Origin: Iphione sp. A-MEVVRFRX5
Lineage: Eukaryota
Direction: 5' to 3'
Assembly: GCA_976226885.1 (NCBI GenBank)
Contig: OZ320321.1
Coordinates: forward strand, 55,614,001-55,678,000
Length of the DNA: 64,000 bases
Numbering within the stretch: the first letter of the stretch is position 1; each line of letters begins with the position of its first letter. The notes beneath the pieces were generated by a model, which did not search any database, was not told the DNA's origin, and saw only the letters and a program-made list of their open reading frames with translations. Below, one piece after another: positions 9,960 through 23,265 of the stretch. The position numbers were made by a program, and so were the translations under genes.

Positions 9960-10000
9960 ACAGAGTGAGGGCGAGTGCCTGCACGTGTCAACTTTTATAG
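9960..10000 (-). promoter_or_regulatory. Pol II core promoter in repeat A1: TATAAAAG (9999-9992) and Inr CCTCACTCT (A+1 at 9966)
   Basis: The TATA box lies 33 nt upstream of a YYANWYY match, 24 nt before the gag ATG. The same Inr 9-mer and similar spacing occur in element 2. The promoter is duplicated in A2 (5683-5676, 5650). Confidence 0.7.
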
Positions 10001-11184
10001 CCCTGCCAGAGGGAGGGGGCAAGGTATAATTAGCCACCCTCGCTCGCAATGATTCGCCATATCCATGCCAGCGCAATTATATGGAATGGTGTTACACTAA
10101 TATTAATTTGTTTCAGAGATTAGACCGACGTGTTTGACAGTATAAATGACAGGCTTTTCGGAAATAAGCTTGAAAATAGAGAACCTTAGTACATGGATAT
10201 CTGCCGAGATAAATAAATAAAATCCAGCGCAGGAAATACACCATGACTACCATCTACATCGCATAAGTTTCGGTTCTATAAGGGGGTCTGCTTGGTGCAC
10301 TGCCGTCAATTTAAGAGTTCTCTTTTGTAATCATGTTTAACAACAGTAAATTACAGTAATTACTTCATGAGAAACGAGTAAAATGTCTGTGATAGTGTTA
10401 TACAGGTAGTTGGATTTGCAGAATTACACGAAGCTGAAACTACGTTGTACTTACTTCAATCTTTAAATGTGACTTTTTATCAATGAATATATCAAGTAAG
10501 CTAGTGCTATCAAATTTCGGAAACTATTGTGCTTAAACAGTGCGAGTTGAAATGTTAGTGAGGGTGGTACTATAATCAATAAACTGGCAAATGAGAAATA
10601 CGAGCAGCCATTTAACTTTTCAACCATTAAAATCTCGAATTCAATTCCCCATGAAATAAGTGACCGTTGACCAAAATCATTTAAATTCGAGAGGTATCTG
10701 AAGCGGCATCTAATGGGAAAAATAAATTCTGCAAATTGGAAAGTATTATGAAAGGTCACGTGGTAGACTCCGATTTGATCAAGCATGGCATTTGAGGACC
10801 TACTTAACACGCTTTCGTCATGGTTTTCACGGCGTCAGTCATTAAGCAACAGAATAGTATTGCAACTACTGTTTAAATACGCAGTCGTGCTGAACCCAAC
10901 TTGAGAATAATCAGGGCTAACGGCAATGCCAGAATTTAATTTTGTTAAAGATATAGTTTATGTTTACTCCTATTTATATCCTACCTACTAAAATTTGTGC
11001 GACTTAACACTAGACTTATCTGAGTTGCCATTGTACTTTCTTAACAAGGCATATTCTTTCCATATATATGTGATAGATACAGCATGAGTAGAGCATTGGA
11101 CGCGATATATTACTGTATAATATTCGAGGCGCAGTCAAGAACATTATACAGTGATATATCAAGTACATGCTCTACATGTATCTC

Positions 11185-11360
11185 NNNNNNNNNNNNNNNN
11201 NNNNNNNNNNNNNNNNNNNNNNNNNNNNNNNNNNNNNNNNNNNNNNNNNNNNNNNNNNNNNNNNNNNNNNNNNNNNNNNNNNNNNNNNNNNNNNNNNNNN
11301 NNNNNNNNNNNNNNNNNNNNNNNNNNNNNNNNNNNNNNNNNNNNNNNNNNNNNNNNNNNT
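11185..11360. other. Assembly gap (176 N)
   Basis: Run of n characters, followed by a (TC)n-rich tract. Confidence 1.
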
Positions 11361-11374
11361 ATTTTTGTGGAACT

Positions 11375-11427
11375 CTCTCTGTGTCTCTTCTGTCCCTCCC
11401 TCTCTCTGTCTCCCTCTCTCTCTCTCT
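11375..11427. repeat. (TC)n-rich microsatellite
   Basis: ctctctctgtgtctcttctgtccctccctctctctg...tctctctc. Confidence 0.85.
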
Positions 11428-14392
11428 TTAATTAAAGGTTTAATTGTCAGTTTTTTCTGTGGATTCATGGTAAAAATACCGTGAGTCGGCATAAAAAAAT
11501 GTCATTTTTACCGCGAATCCACGTATCATGCTGATATAACACCATGTGGTTACGAGGTGTCCTCTACAGTAGTTTTCTACGGGTTTATGGACCGTGAAGC
11601 ATTATACCCATACGTGAACATGTATCATGTTAGGTTTGTCATTTTTTCTGTGGATTTGCAGTAAATTACGCAGTAAAGTGATGTTGTTTTTACCACGAGT
11701 GTAAATAACGTCATTTCATTACAAATGACGCATTTCGGCGATCTGTATACATGTACTTGATACATGTCAGAGATCACTACGTGCCTCTGTATAGTCATTT
11801 ATGATCTATAATCATTCACAAGCAGCAGCTCAATATGTACGATATTACCACATTTTGCTAAATAGGCGCATAGAGCATTAAAGATGGCAGCCGTGCTTTA
11901 AAGGTATATACATGTACATGTATGTGTTACTTTTATTCCAACCTGTTATTACTTCATGCAACAAAATCGGGATTTGTATTGCAAATGGCATATTACAATA
12001 TTGAAATTAGATTTATGGAAATTACATTTCATTCGATAATTGCTAAAATACTGGTGTAATTTGTTGATGGAATTCAACAGTGAACAGACTTGATTTACGA
12101 TCGCTTTTCACGTGGCACTATGTGACATTCGGCGCTGTGTGGAAGACACGGGTTCTGGTGAAACAATTAATCAGGACTCAGGACCTGCATCTGAGACCGG
12201 TGTATCACCGTTAGAAAATTGGTCCCACTCGGCAATCTGTTAATTTGGGTTCCAATTCCTCTTAGGTCCATCTCACATTCTGTGTTGCTGTCAATTAGGG
12301 TGTTCCTTCATAGCTCAGTTCTTTCGAATTTGATGGATATTCTCGAATTTAACTGTACCTTGTCACAACATAGCTTAGACACTGATTTTATTGTTGGCTA
12401 ACACTATATGTACTGTATTTTTAATCAATTCAAACCTAGACTCCCCTAGGAGTTTAACAGCGGTTTTAAATGGATGCCTTTCTATGTAGTCTTTCGAAAA
12501 ACTGCCTAAGAATTTCCATGTTCCTCACGTACATGTATATGATATACTAAAGATTACATAAATACATAACCTATATATATATATATATTCGTTCTCATGA
12601 CACCTAGGAACTCCGATATACCAAGGAAAAGACCGAGGCAACGCACTTCTCGATCTATTAGCAAGTACAAGTACTCATGACGATTGCTCAGAGGGGTACA
12701 GATGTATATAGTTTAACATGAGTGAACTCGACATCGATGTCGACGTTTCTTTGAGGAGTGGCCAGCAATCCTCCACAGCTTGATGTGAAGGGCGTACTTA
12801 TAACCGTGGCGTAATAACAGGATTAACAGCAGAGGAGGCAGGTTGGTGTGGCCTCAAAGAAACTTAAGACACGATATGAGGTTATGGAGGTCGTCTGGCA
12901 CATGAATATCAGCAGCAACTAGGTTTTATTCGGCCTAACGATCCCGAGCCTGGGATAGCACGGAGACCATTTCCCCGAAGGATTCTTAGCGCATGGCTTG
13001 CTGTCGTTTCCATTAGCTGTAGCTGCGCCCGCGGTCCGCCCAAGTCGCTGGTATAAAGAATTGTCGGGTGACGTGGCAGTGCGCATAGGGAAAGCTCATC
13101 TGGGGATAGGTAGGCAGCCCATTTCCCCGCTTGTCCGCCTCCAATGCCCATGTACGGCTCACCGTGCTTTCCCAGTTGTCCCACTGCCGGCTGTGGTAAT
13201 CTCTATACCTCTGCCTCTCTCATCCAGCCACCCACCCTCCCACCCATCTCCTCCTTCGCCGCCATCATCTAACGCCACTATATCTAGTGCACCCATACAA
13301 GTAAACACCCCCGAATTGACATCTCCAAATAGCGATCCAAAGTGTAAGGAGCCCACTTTCACGAGAGGCATATTCCTACCCCCGTTCTTTAGGTTTACCC
13401 ATGAAGTAGTGAGTTTCGAGTCCTCCTACACACATGCATCGCTATAAAAGTGAAGACTGGAGGCGGCGCGGCGGCGGTATCTTGAGGCGACGGTCTAAAT
13501 CCACGGGCCAAGTGTGCACCCATTCACAGCTTTCACTTCTTAAAATGAGGGACCGGACCGAGTCCTTTAATACAAGTGGAATGAGCTCCTCTCCGGGCAG
13601 AAAACCTGAGGACACATCGCACTGTAACCAGACAGGCCATTTCATGTTTAAAACGACTATGGAAGTAAACAGACGAAGACCGTGAGCACATGATAAAAAA
13701 GCAGGCTTCCCACTCGATGGTATCTGACCATAATTATTTTGATTTGAACTGTAACTTAGCTTTCTTTCCTTTGGTCCTTCTACCAGAAAACAATGGTTCG
13801 TTATGATAAGTCATGTGGGTTGCATAATTCACTGCCATGGTCATCATCTTTAAGAGATAATACTATATTTTATACGTATTTATTTGCGTGGATTCCTATT
13901 GTTAATGTGTCTTTTGAACCGCAACCGATCTAGCGTTGTTCCAAGGCCCTTGCTGTGAACTCTACACAAGCATAAAGTGCCAGCGTCCCTGCTTTTAGTA
14001 CAGCCTACTCGTATCCTGGTCTCACACAAGTAACTTTTGTGATAATTAAAATTCTACACTCTGTCAATTCCACAGGATTTTATTACTTTGTAAATCACAA
14101 TCAATAAATTGGTTAACGTGTCCCCAGTTACTGGAAAATGTCATTATTGGAAGGATGGATACCAATCTGGCTGGGGTAAAGTGGAGATGAAGCAATTTAA
14201 CGTAATCACTTGTGGCTTCCAGATGACAACATTACGAATACTCTGATTAGGTTTATGAGCAGGTGTGACACTTACAGTCTACTCTAGTATCTACTCGTGT
14301 CGATAATTCTTAATTGAATGTTCCCACGAGAAATTCCACAATTACATGTATATGATATACATGTACATTAAAAGGGAGCTGCACAGACATTA

Positions 14393-14430
14393 ACACACAC
14401 ACACACACACTTAAACACACACATATATAT
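14393..14430. repeat. (CA)n/(TA)n microsatellite
   Basis: acacacacacacacacac ttaa acacacac atatatat. Confidence 0.9.
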
Positions 14431-17400
14431 AAGCGGAGGGTGATATTTCAGAAGTCCACACATAATGGGTGTTCAGACCCGATCGCCGGTGAACTCAAGC
14501 GGAGCAAGGCGGTTTCATGGCGACGTATGCAATAAATCGATGCAAGTTTTCTATCGTCTTACTCGGCGGCCCAAGAGCCGCGAACTAATGAAAGCGGCTC
14601 GGGATGCCGGTAGGCGCTTAGAAGCCCGCTGCTGGGCGTAGGAAGCAGCCAGTGGGGACCGTTTGCCAGCTCCGATTAGCACACCTCTCGGCTTCAGGAG
14701 GAGTCCCGCGGGCTTCTCTCCGCGTGCCGCGGGTTGCTGGCCTCAAGCACTCCAGAGAAAAAGGAACGAGCAGAATGGGAGAGGGCTGCGGCTCTACTGA
14801 AACCCCGAGGTGTTCACGAGTCGGTTGGCGTCACGCTCCCGTGAGAGGTTCACAGAGAAGAACGTTAATATAGAGCAGCGTCGGCTATCAACCTAATCTT
14901 GTTTCCTTAAGCACAGAGTGCCCCACCCCCTCCCTTCCCCGCTAGAGCGTTTCACCACCGAAGAATAATCTGCGGTTGACTATGTTATTCTTCACAATTT
15001 TACACTTTTCAAATGTGGAACAGCCGCTGGTGACAAGATTCATGCATATTTATTTCACGGTTAAGAATTCATGCGCTACTCGTTAGCTGCATTCTGCTTC
15101 GTTCGGTTCTTCCCTCGGCTGTCAAGGTTCGGTTTGGTGATATGTGTCATTAAATTGGTTCTTAAGAAGCGTGGAATTGGTTTGGAACACTTCATAGCAT
15201 TGGACCTTTAGAGTTCACAACGACTCTTTCGGGTTCTAGTTCTCAGTGTGATTTTTAATCAAGAACAGGCAAGTCTTGTGCAAACTGATGGGGGTTGTCT
15301 CAAAAGTGAATTCTGAATAGTCCGCATTGGAACCGAAAGTCATCGATGAATATAAGCTTCATTTGAATTACAAATTGGATATCAGAAGTACATGCCTATA
15401 GCTGCAAGCCTCCTAATGCCCTTTCTAACAGTCAATTACCACCGCTCCTACTGGATGGAGACCTTCTCCTGCCCGTATTCCGAAATATCTCGATTCCTTT
15501 AACGAGCTGCAACTCATTGACGAGCAATACGCCTAGAACAACCTGCCACTAATTACAGAAATCCACACTGACAAATTGCTGTTTTACTCAAAACGTGGCT
15601 TGTGCAGCAGAACGGCAGCCAAATGAGGCCCATTTATTTTCGGCGACTGCCGTGAAGATGGCGGTGACCCGCTATGTTCAGTGGCTTGTGCCTGGACAAA
15701 TATTAGCTTTTACTTGCAAAATACCTTCCGCTAGGAGGACATTTCTACAGGAATTACACTAAAAGGTGAGCAGATTAGTTAATGGACTGGCGCCCGCAAA
15801 CTCCGGGCGCCATCCGTTCTCTATTTGGTCCTCATCATTTCTGGGGTACACCCGCTATACACATAGTAGTTGTCGACCTCTACTACACGTATAGCCGGGT
15901 CAATTTGGGTCAGATTGTCTTAGCATGAAGCATTAAGGTAGGGCATCAACCATGCGTCTTTCCCAGGTCGTTGTATATAAGACTCAACGAACAGCTTCTA
16001 ATGGACATTAAATAAACGTCATCAATATGTTGGAGGCCATGGAGCAACAGTTTATTGACATGCGCTAGAGATTGAAGTGTTGGCTGCGATGTTGAAATAC
16101 ATTTGATCCTGGATGGCATACATGGCGAATAGTACGTTATGGCCTTTATGAAAGCCATTTAAATAAACCGGCCTTTACTTTTCAAAGACGTTAGGAGGAG
16201 GAAGCTACTCTCTGCATGATGTGAGCAATCCAAACTCAGTTTTATAGCTACAGCCACGGCAATAATGGGGACAGAGGTAGCCTTATTGACTCCTCGATGT
16301 GATGGCAACTGCCTATAATAGGTATACCGTTGAATAAAGTGGTACATCCAAAGGACCTGTCATCATCATTTCATCTCACATTAGAGTCCTGAGCAAAACT
16401 AGACCTTTCAATGACCCGGTTCCGGATCCTCACTCACTGGCACCCGTTTCACACAGCTGGCAACAATAGATAACACTGTGCTTACACATCACTGGTCGGG
16501 TGAAATCTGAGCACAATCGAGGCCATCTAACATTAGAAGAAGTTTTATTCACTGTGCTATTCTGTCCTACGACTAGTACACGGCAAGTAGTATAGAGCAA
16601 TAAGGGTTCATAAACTGGGAAAAGCTGGGCTTCCCAACTTGGTCGCCATAGATATCGACCGCCTCGAAGTTAACTGAGGCCTCACTGCCCGCTTACTCCT
16701 TCCATCTTAATACCTCCGTCCACCACCAGCAGAAAGCTTCCCAAAACTTTGCTGCCATACCACCCTTTCCTTTCCCATTAAGTAGCTCCTGACAAAGATA
16801 ACATGCAACGACAAGCGGCCCATCCCCGTGAATAAAAAAAAGGGGGGGGGGTCTATGAAAGAAGGGATCAGCCGGCCAGCTAAACGAGGGCGGGATTGGC
16901 GTGTGGCAGCAGCGGCGGCGGCGGAGGCGCTGAAGACGGCGAGGTGGGAAGGCGGTGGGTACTGGGGACTGGCCAGGGCTAAAGGACCCCGCCGTGACTC
17001 ACGCCGCACGCTGGCTTCCCACTCAGATACAGCGATCTTCTGGCTATTTGGCATTTATTGATTGATGTGGGAAGATCGTCCAGGCGGATGGGGTTGGTCG
17101 GCTGGTCGGGGCAGACGGCCAGGGGGGGATGGTTGCTGGGTGGCTGATACCATCGACTACATGGCCGCACGAGCCATCGCATCAATGTCCATGCCACTAC
17201 AACTCCTCACACTTCCCGTCCAACCTTCATCTCCAACCTCATCCTCTCAGGCAATCACCGTTAACCCTCTTCCCAACCTCCTACGATTTTCTGCAATAAA
17301 CAGCAAGTGACGCTACACCGCAGGCTCCTGTATATAGAGCATCCGATTCCACCTCTCATAGCTATACATCATTTACTCCCATGTTACTACACCCCCATAC

Positions 17401-20400
17401 GCTACGCTCTTATGTATCCGTTTTTTAGGTTCAAGCCCAGAATAGTGCTGTTGATTCAATACCACTCTGCAGAGAAAACGCGTTTTTCCTGTAGCCAGTT
17501 GTGACGAAAGCTTGAAGAATAAAATGTACGGCATGGAAGTATCACACGTCCGCTCTCGAGTTATCGGGGAATGAAAGGCAGGAAGTGGACACAGGAGATG
17601 TGTGCATGTAGCACACAAATAACAGCTGGTTTGCTGCAAAGGCACGTAGAAAGCCAAACCTCCAGACGGCAAATGGAGGAATACCCTATGATTAGGTATC
17701 ATTCGTCCGTATTTCTTTCATAGTGCTCTCCTTTGCTTGCTAAGGCTCTACGTCTTCCGTGTTAGTACAGACAGGCAACAACAGTGGCCGCCGTCGGCAA
17801 GTCGCCCCCCCCTACTCAGACGAGCAGCTCGCTCAGACGAGCAGCTCGCGTTTAGTCGATGGCTCAACCCGGGAGCAGCGCGGTCAATAACAACTTCGTG
17901 TTGTTCATCTTTTTCTTTGGTGGCACTTCTCCCTTAGAAGAAGACATGTTATTTTTTTCTGTTACTTCCTTTTTCTTCCTATCCCCCACAGGAGAAAACA
18001 AGAGGTTTTCATGGCGGAAACAACAAGCAGACGGATGCGTGTCGCATGCGATGACTGGAGCGAAATGTTTTCCGCGTGTCTTTTTGTATTTTTTCTCTAC
18101 CATTTGTCATTTCCTCTTTACCAAGTGTAATCTAGTGCTAACCCAACCACTGTTTGGTACCCATTACCCGAAAAATGTTTATTTTAATCCAATCAGACAT
18201 GCTTTCAGACATCCTATCTTATGACACTGCTAGCAAGTGACCATACATAGGTATTGTTCCATGAAACGTATTGACTGGAGGCTGGTAAAAATTTTTATAT
18301 AGGGAATAACCTCCTGTATCTGCTGCAGTAAAAAAGGGTCTCGGAAAGACACTCCTGTTTCTGCTGGAATAAAAAGAGTCCTGGGTAGTAATAACGAAAA
18401 AGAGACCTACAAAAACAAACATCGAAATGTCCAAGTTTTCGCAGGGTTTCAGTAATGAAGCAGTGATGGGAATAGCAGCATGATACGCCATACATTCACC
18501 ACGGTATAACCTTAACGGTTATGGACAGGGGGCGAACCATGCAGTTATGAATAGGGAGAACTTTAAGTAATGTTATTTACAATCTATTAGAGGTCCCAAT
18601 CTCATAAATCTCCATCAACAGAAAATCTTATCGAAATTACCATAATATTGCATGAATACCTCACATTGTGTTGAATTAATGTACATTATTATAATTATAT
18701 TTAAAAACGATGAAACTCAAGTCCAAATGGTACTGACTGTCACGAAGCCATGCGTACGGCTTTGTTTAGACCCTTTTTACTGCCCGATAATCTGACCTTA
18801 ACGCTCGTTCAGAATGAGGAATGTGCATCCTTCAGGCATTCATGTACATGTGTATACTGCGCAGTCGCTGACATGTACATTCCCCGCCCCCGCAAAAAAA
18901 CCCACACACAAACAACAACTCAAATAAAGGAAAGTCCTCTCATACTTTTCGACACACGCACTCGTTACGATTGCCTTTCGCAGCTAGCAGGTGTTTCTTA
19001 TAAAATGCACACGTAACTTGTGCGCCGCGTCACTTTTTCCGAATTAAATCATAAATGTCAGACCGCACAATGGGACACCACCCCTCGAGGTTTCCCCCAG
19101 TCAGCACGCAGGGTGCATATGGAGAAATGCCAGGGAACACCGAGAAGAAAGAAATATTTACTCGCTGATAAAAATGTCATGAAGGAGCTAATATAAGCCC
19201 ATGATCGCCGTGTTTTCGAGCGGCATTCACGAGGAAATTACATCACACCGTGGAACATAATAGACGAGCATTGAGTAGCAGGGTAGGGGTGTCAGCTTTA
19301 GTTAACAGTGGCCCAGGTAATCCCCGGGTTGTAATCAAGTAGAGTGGTCCATGCTGATAAAAGTCCGCTCAGTAGGCAGCGAGGCAGGTGGCGTCGCGCC
19401 TAATGCACTGACGTCACAGGAGGCGCCATGCTGAGGGTGCCAAAGTAGGCGACTCATCACCGGCAGCGACTCTGCATCCCTGACAGTCGGAGATATTCTA
19501 CCCCAGGGGCTCGTATTCGGCTACATAGTACTTCGTGTGATTACTTCATGAAGCGGAGGCTTTTTTGGTGGGGGGGGGGAGCGCCGATTTAGTATACCTA
19601 TGTGACCGATGGTCAATCGCTTCGTCGCACGCGGAGATTCCCGTCAGAGGCCATGCTTACATTGGCGGAGTCCTCGACCACATCGCTTCCATACCAATGG
19701 TCTTAACCGGGTTTTGGTCGTCTTAAGTTGCTGATACTGGAAGCGCTCACAAGTCGTTAAAAGAGCGAAGCATGTCGACAGATGTCGCCCGTGCCATGGC
19801 AACCCAACCACTTTATAAGATTTCTTCTCATCCGTCCTGACACTTTGTTCCCCTCAGGGGAACTGTCGATGATGTCTTTATGGCTACTGGGCGAGTAGTG
19901 CATGGAAATGAACCTTTGCATCGGGCGCGGGGGTAATTTTCGTAGAGATTTCCTGAAATGGAATTGATGAGCGGCGAAAAGAAGTAATGATTTCTGAGCA
20001 CTGCATTGAATTAGCAATTGTTCCCGAGTTACGAATACTTCCCAGCAGGTATATATATAGTTGTGTGTATGCGTGCATGTAAACCATTACATACGAACTA
20101 CACGACCAAATAAGAGGGGAAAGGGGAAAAAAAGGTGATCGAGATTCTGAGATGAATTAATGAGTCAGGTTTCATGCCGTGGGAAAGTGCAATGTGGACC
20201 TGTGTCTTGGAACAGACCCATGACATGCATCTGGCCTGTGGAGGGCAGAGTGCCAACATAAATAGGAAGCGGCAGCGGATAGGAGAGGCCGGACCGAGCA
20301 GTTGTTTTGACGGTGCCGTGGGTGGCGAGGGTGGTGAAGGTGTCAACGCTTGGCCTGTGATATTGGCAGGGTGTCAGCTGGTCGCTTGTTCTGGCACGCA

Positions 20401-22330
20401 TGGCAACTAGTGGACAAAACATGACATCAGAACAGTAAATAATTGCAGCTCAAAACCCGGAGTGCCTGAGGGTGAGGTTATTTGTAGGGCAAGGCCCAGC
20501 GAATTCTATGAAGGGCCTCGGCTGTAGGCAAAACAACGACACCGAGATGCAACCTTCCTCTCTCTGAACGACAGCAGGCGTTCGCCCAGACTCCAGATTT
20601 CTGTCCGGGTACGAGGAAATATGGATTTCATCCTCACTGTTATTGAAATTGTCAGCGGTATGGAGACCACCTAATACACCCTCGGGTTTTAAGTAAGTAA
20701 AATTTATGTATGAGAACATCTCGTGTGACCCTCTGAACTACCAGCATGACAAAAATCAAGTGCTCCGCTGCTTGACGTATCGGCGAAGCGTCGGACTCAC
20801 CGAAGCTGTATGAGTAGCACGTATTAAAGCATCAGGGCGTGCTACGGCCCGCCGAAGAAAAGTGAGCGTGGTCCACGACGCTTCTCTATAGCCTGTCGTC
20901 TACGGAACGGTCGCCGCCTGGCAGCACTGTATTGCCACCAGCCATGGTCCGCCGGGCGGTGGTGGGGCAGCGGCCTAGCCCTGCTGCCCGTGGTGTCTAC
21001 AGCAGGAGCGCGGGTCGCCCCCCTCCCACGCCCGCCCGCCCACCCTCTCGCCCGCCGCCGTATGGCGTCTGCCCACATGGCCTGATCTATGAGGCGGCGT
21101 CTTTTATCGCTCCTGATCCAAATCGCCGCCATCGTTGGCGCCGAGGCACAGTCGCCTTTTGGTGACTTTCACCCCCCGCCCGACCTGCCTGCATCTGCCG
21201 ACACAATCTAATCTGGAGACCACTGCGCCTTCTGCGAATCGAAATCTGAAAACACGGCCCTACTACCCCCGGTATACACGACCACGGTCTAATCCTTTCT
21301 GAAGGACATGCACAGGACCCTTAAGGATAATACTTGCCGAGCATTTGTCGTGAAATTTACCCTAAAAGCAACGCTGGTCCCTATGCACACATTTTGTAAA
21401 TGTACGAATGCAGGTATGAATTCCTGGGCACCTGCAGTGTACGTATACATGAATATTGTGGATACATCAGCCACCAGAATAATTACCATTTTGTCGTGAC
21501 AGGTTAATAAAATCGCGTGGAAGGAGAGATAATAGAAATACATGAAGGGGAGAGGAATTATGCATGATCTCGCTATTGCTCAAGTGAGGCCACGGGTATC
21601 GTTCGTCCTGCTGTGGACGTTCAGTCCTTGGCATAATCCTGGCGATATTGCACTGCCTGACACGAATTCATGGACATGGAATTCTAATCTATATGCCACG
21701 ACAATGGGTTGCTACATGGCATGAATCCGAAACAGTTACCATACTCTATGCATGGAGCTGCCAGCGAGAAAATATGTATATCTATAAGGAAATGGTGATG
21801 TATCGAACGCTGTCTCGAGCCCATGTAAGCGGATGTCAAAGCCAGCGTGGCGGCAGAGGAGAGAGAGCGGCGCGAGCCCGCTGCACAAGGATGAGGCTTG
21901 CCATGAAGCAGGCGCTCGCCTGCACAATCCAATCTACACAAAGAGCTATCCATCACTGCATCAAATCGCCAGCCAGTTGTCATAAATCTCATTCTAGGGA
22001 CCATCATATTGTGCGCAGGGGCCTTGTTACAGGTGCTGATCCCTGCTCATATAGGAGGTCCGCACGTCAAGGGGGGAGGGGGGAGGTGCTTAGCACTATA
22101 GAGGAAAAAAACGAAAGAACAGAAAAAAGCCCGACAGAGAGGTTACACAAACAAGCTTATTGCTGCTGCGGAGGCGATATTGAAGTTCTATTGTAAGGAG
22201 GGGCACTGAGATTGGCAGGGATGCATCTTTACGATGTACACGTAAATGTAACACAGAACGGGTTGCATCATTTACCACTTCGTCACTCAGGCACAGCTCA
22301 CTAGAATTACGCTCAGTAGTTGCTTTAAAG

Positions 22331-23265
22331 GATTCAGATTCAGATTCAAAAGGTTTTTATTGAGCAAAATAGTTCGACCTGATATCAGATGTCTTACAGC
22401 TCTTCACTCAGCCTTCCATAATATTTCTTTATTACGGCTGATCGTTTCAGCTCCAAATTTGCTTCTTTGAAAAGGATTTTTATAATAACATGTGGTTTGT
22501 TTACTATATTCTCCAGTAGATTGTTCCATTTCCTGATTCCCTTATACATGAAGCTATCTTGTACCATTCTCATGTTCGGTTTCACTAATTGTAATTGTAA
22601 TCTCCTTCCATGTCTCGTGCGAGCGTTGTCCTTTTTCCTTACAAAATGATAAGAAATACAGATCAGTTATTAATTGCACTGTTGAGTAACAGATATGGTC
22701 CTCCAGATATTTTCTTTCATTAAATATTGTTTTATACTAGTTCTGTTAGTCCATTTATGAAACATCAGTAAACGCAATGATCTGTACGGGCCAGGCACTT
22801 TCCAAGTTCCTAAAGTATTTCTAATTTGTTGCACAGAGAAATGGTAAACCATAGTCTACATGTGGTGTAACAAACATAATAAACATAGTCTCTAACAATT
22901 TAATATCTAACAAAAATTTTCCTTTCTGTAGTAAATATGGTATTGATCTTAATTTCGAAATTTTGTGTTCGATCGTACATTTGAATGTAAAACTTTGAAT
23001 CAATATCATAACCTAGAAACCTGAAAGTCTGTATTTGCTCTAGCACAGAGCCCCGTAACAATACATCCAATTTGAAATTTCTAGATTTGCCATAGTTCAT
23101 GATTTTTGATTTGTCTGTGTTTATGATAAGTCCATTTTCACAGCACCATTTTCCAACTACATTCAATGTGTGTTGTAACTTCATACACAGGCCCAAGACG
23201 TTCGAGCCCCAGCTAATTATTGTTAAATCATCCGCATATGCGAAAGGATTCACTGACAACTGACA
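22331..23265 (-). mobile_element. Decayed, 5'-truncated non-LTR retrotransposon (L2/CR1-group LINE) 3' end
   Basis: Minus strand: FAYADDLTII (YADD at 23238-23227), WCCENGLIINTDKSKIM, LEQIQTFRFLGYDID, and a C-terminal SFMYKGIRKWNNL, with frameshifts. It ends in AATAAA (22361-22356) followed by a (GAATCT)n tail (22347-22331). Confidence 0.9.

Larger units (their letters stand above)
5461..10074 (-). mobile_element. Complete Ngaro-type tyrosine-recombinase retrotransposon (element 1) with split direct repeats A1-gag-RT/RH-YR-B1-A2-spacer-B2
   Basis: Three intact ORFs (gag-like, RT+RNase H, YR). The 126-bp repeat A is at 9949-10074 and 5633-5758; the 127-bp repeat B is at 5759-5885 and 5461-5587; B1 abuts A2 directly. 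No methyltransferase domain follows RNase H, there are no inverted terminal repeats and no target-site duplication is visible. Confidence 0.95.

Noticed and set aside
5455-10120. Joining the element 1 flanks recreates a GT...ACTAAT...TTTCAG mini-intron of 44 nt
   Set aside because: The flanking frames hit stops quickly and the intron is very short; probably chance in AT-rich DNA.
11084-11492. ORFs of 94-115 aa spanning the N run
   Set aside because: Artefacts of the assembly gap.
12130-13700. Stop-riddled protein-like frames (similar at 33240-33470)
   Set aside because: No recognisable domain, and stop spacing does not clearly exceed expectation for ~50% GC DNA.
15946-16347. Protein-like frames with HLILDG (DDE-like) and HIDDV (RT-like) words
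   Set aside because: Single short words without surrounding conserved context; stop density is compatible with random sequence.
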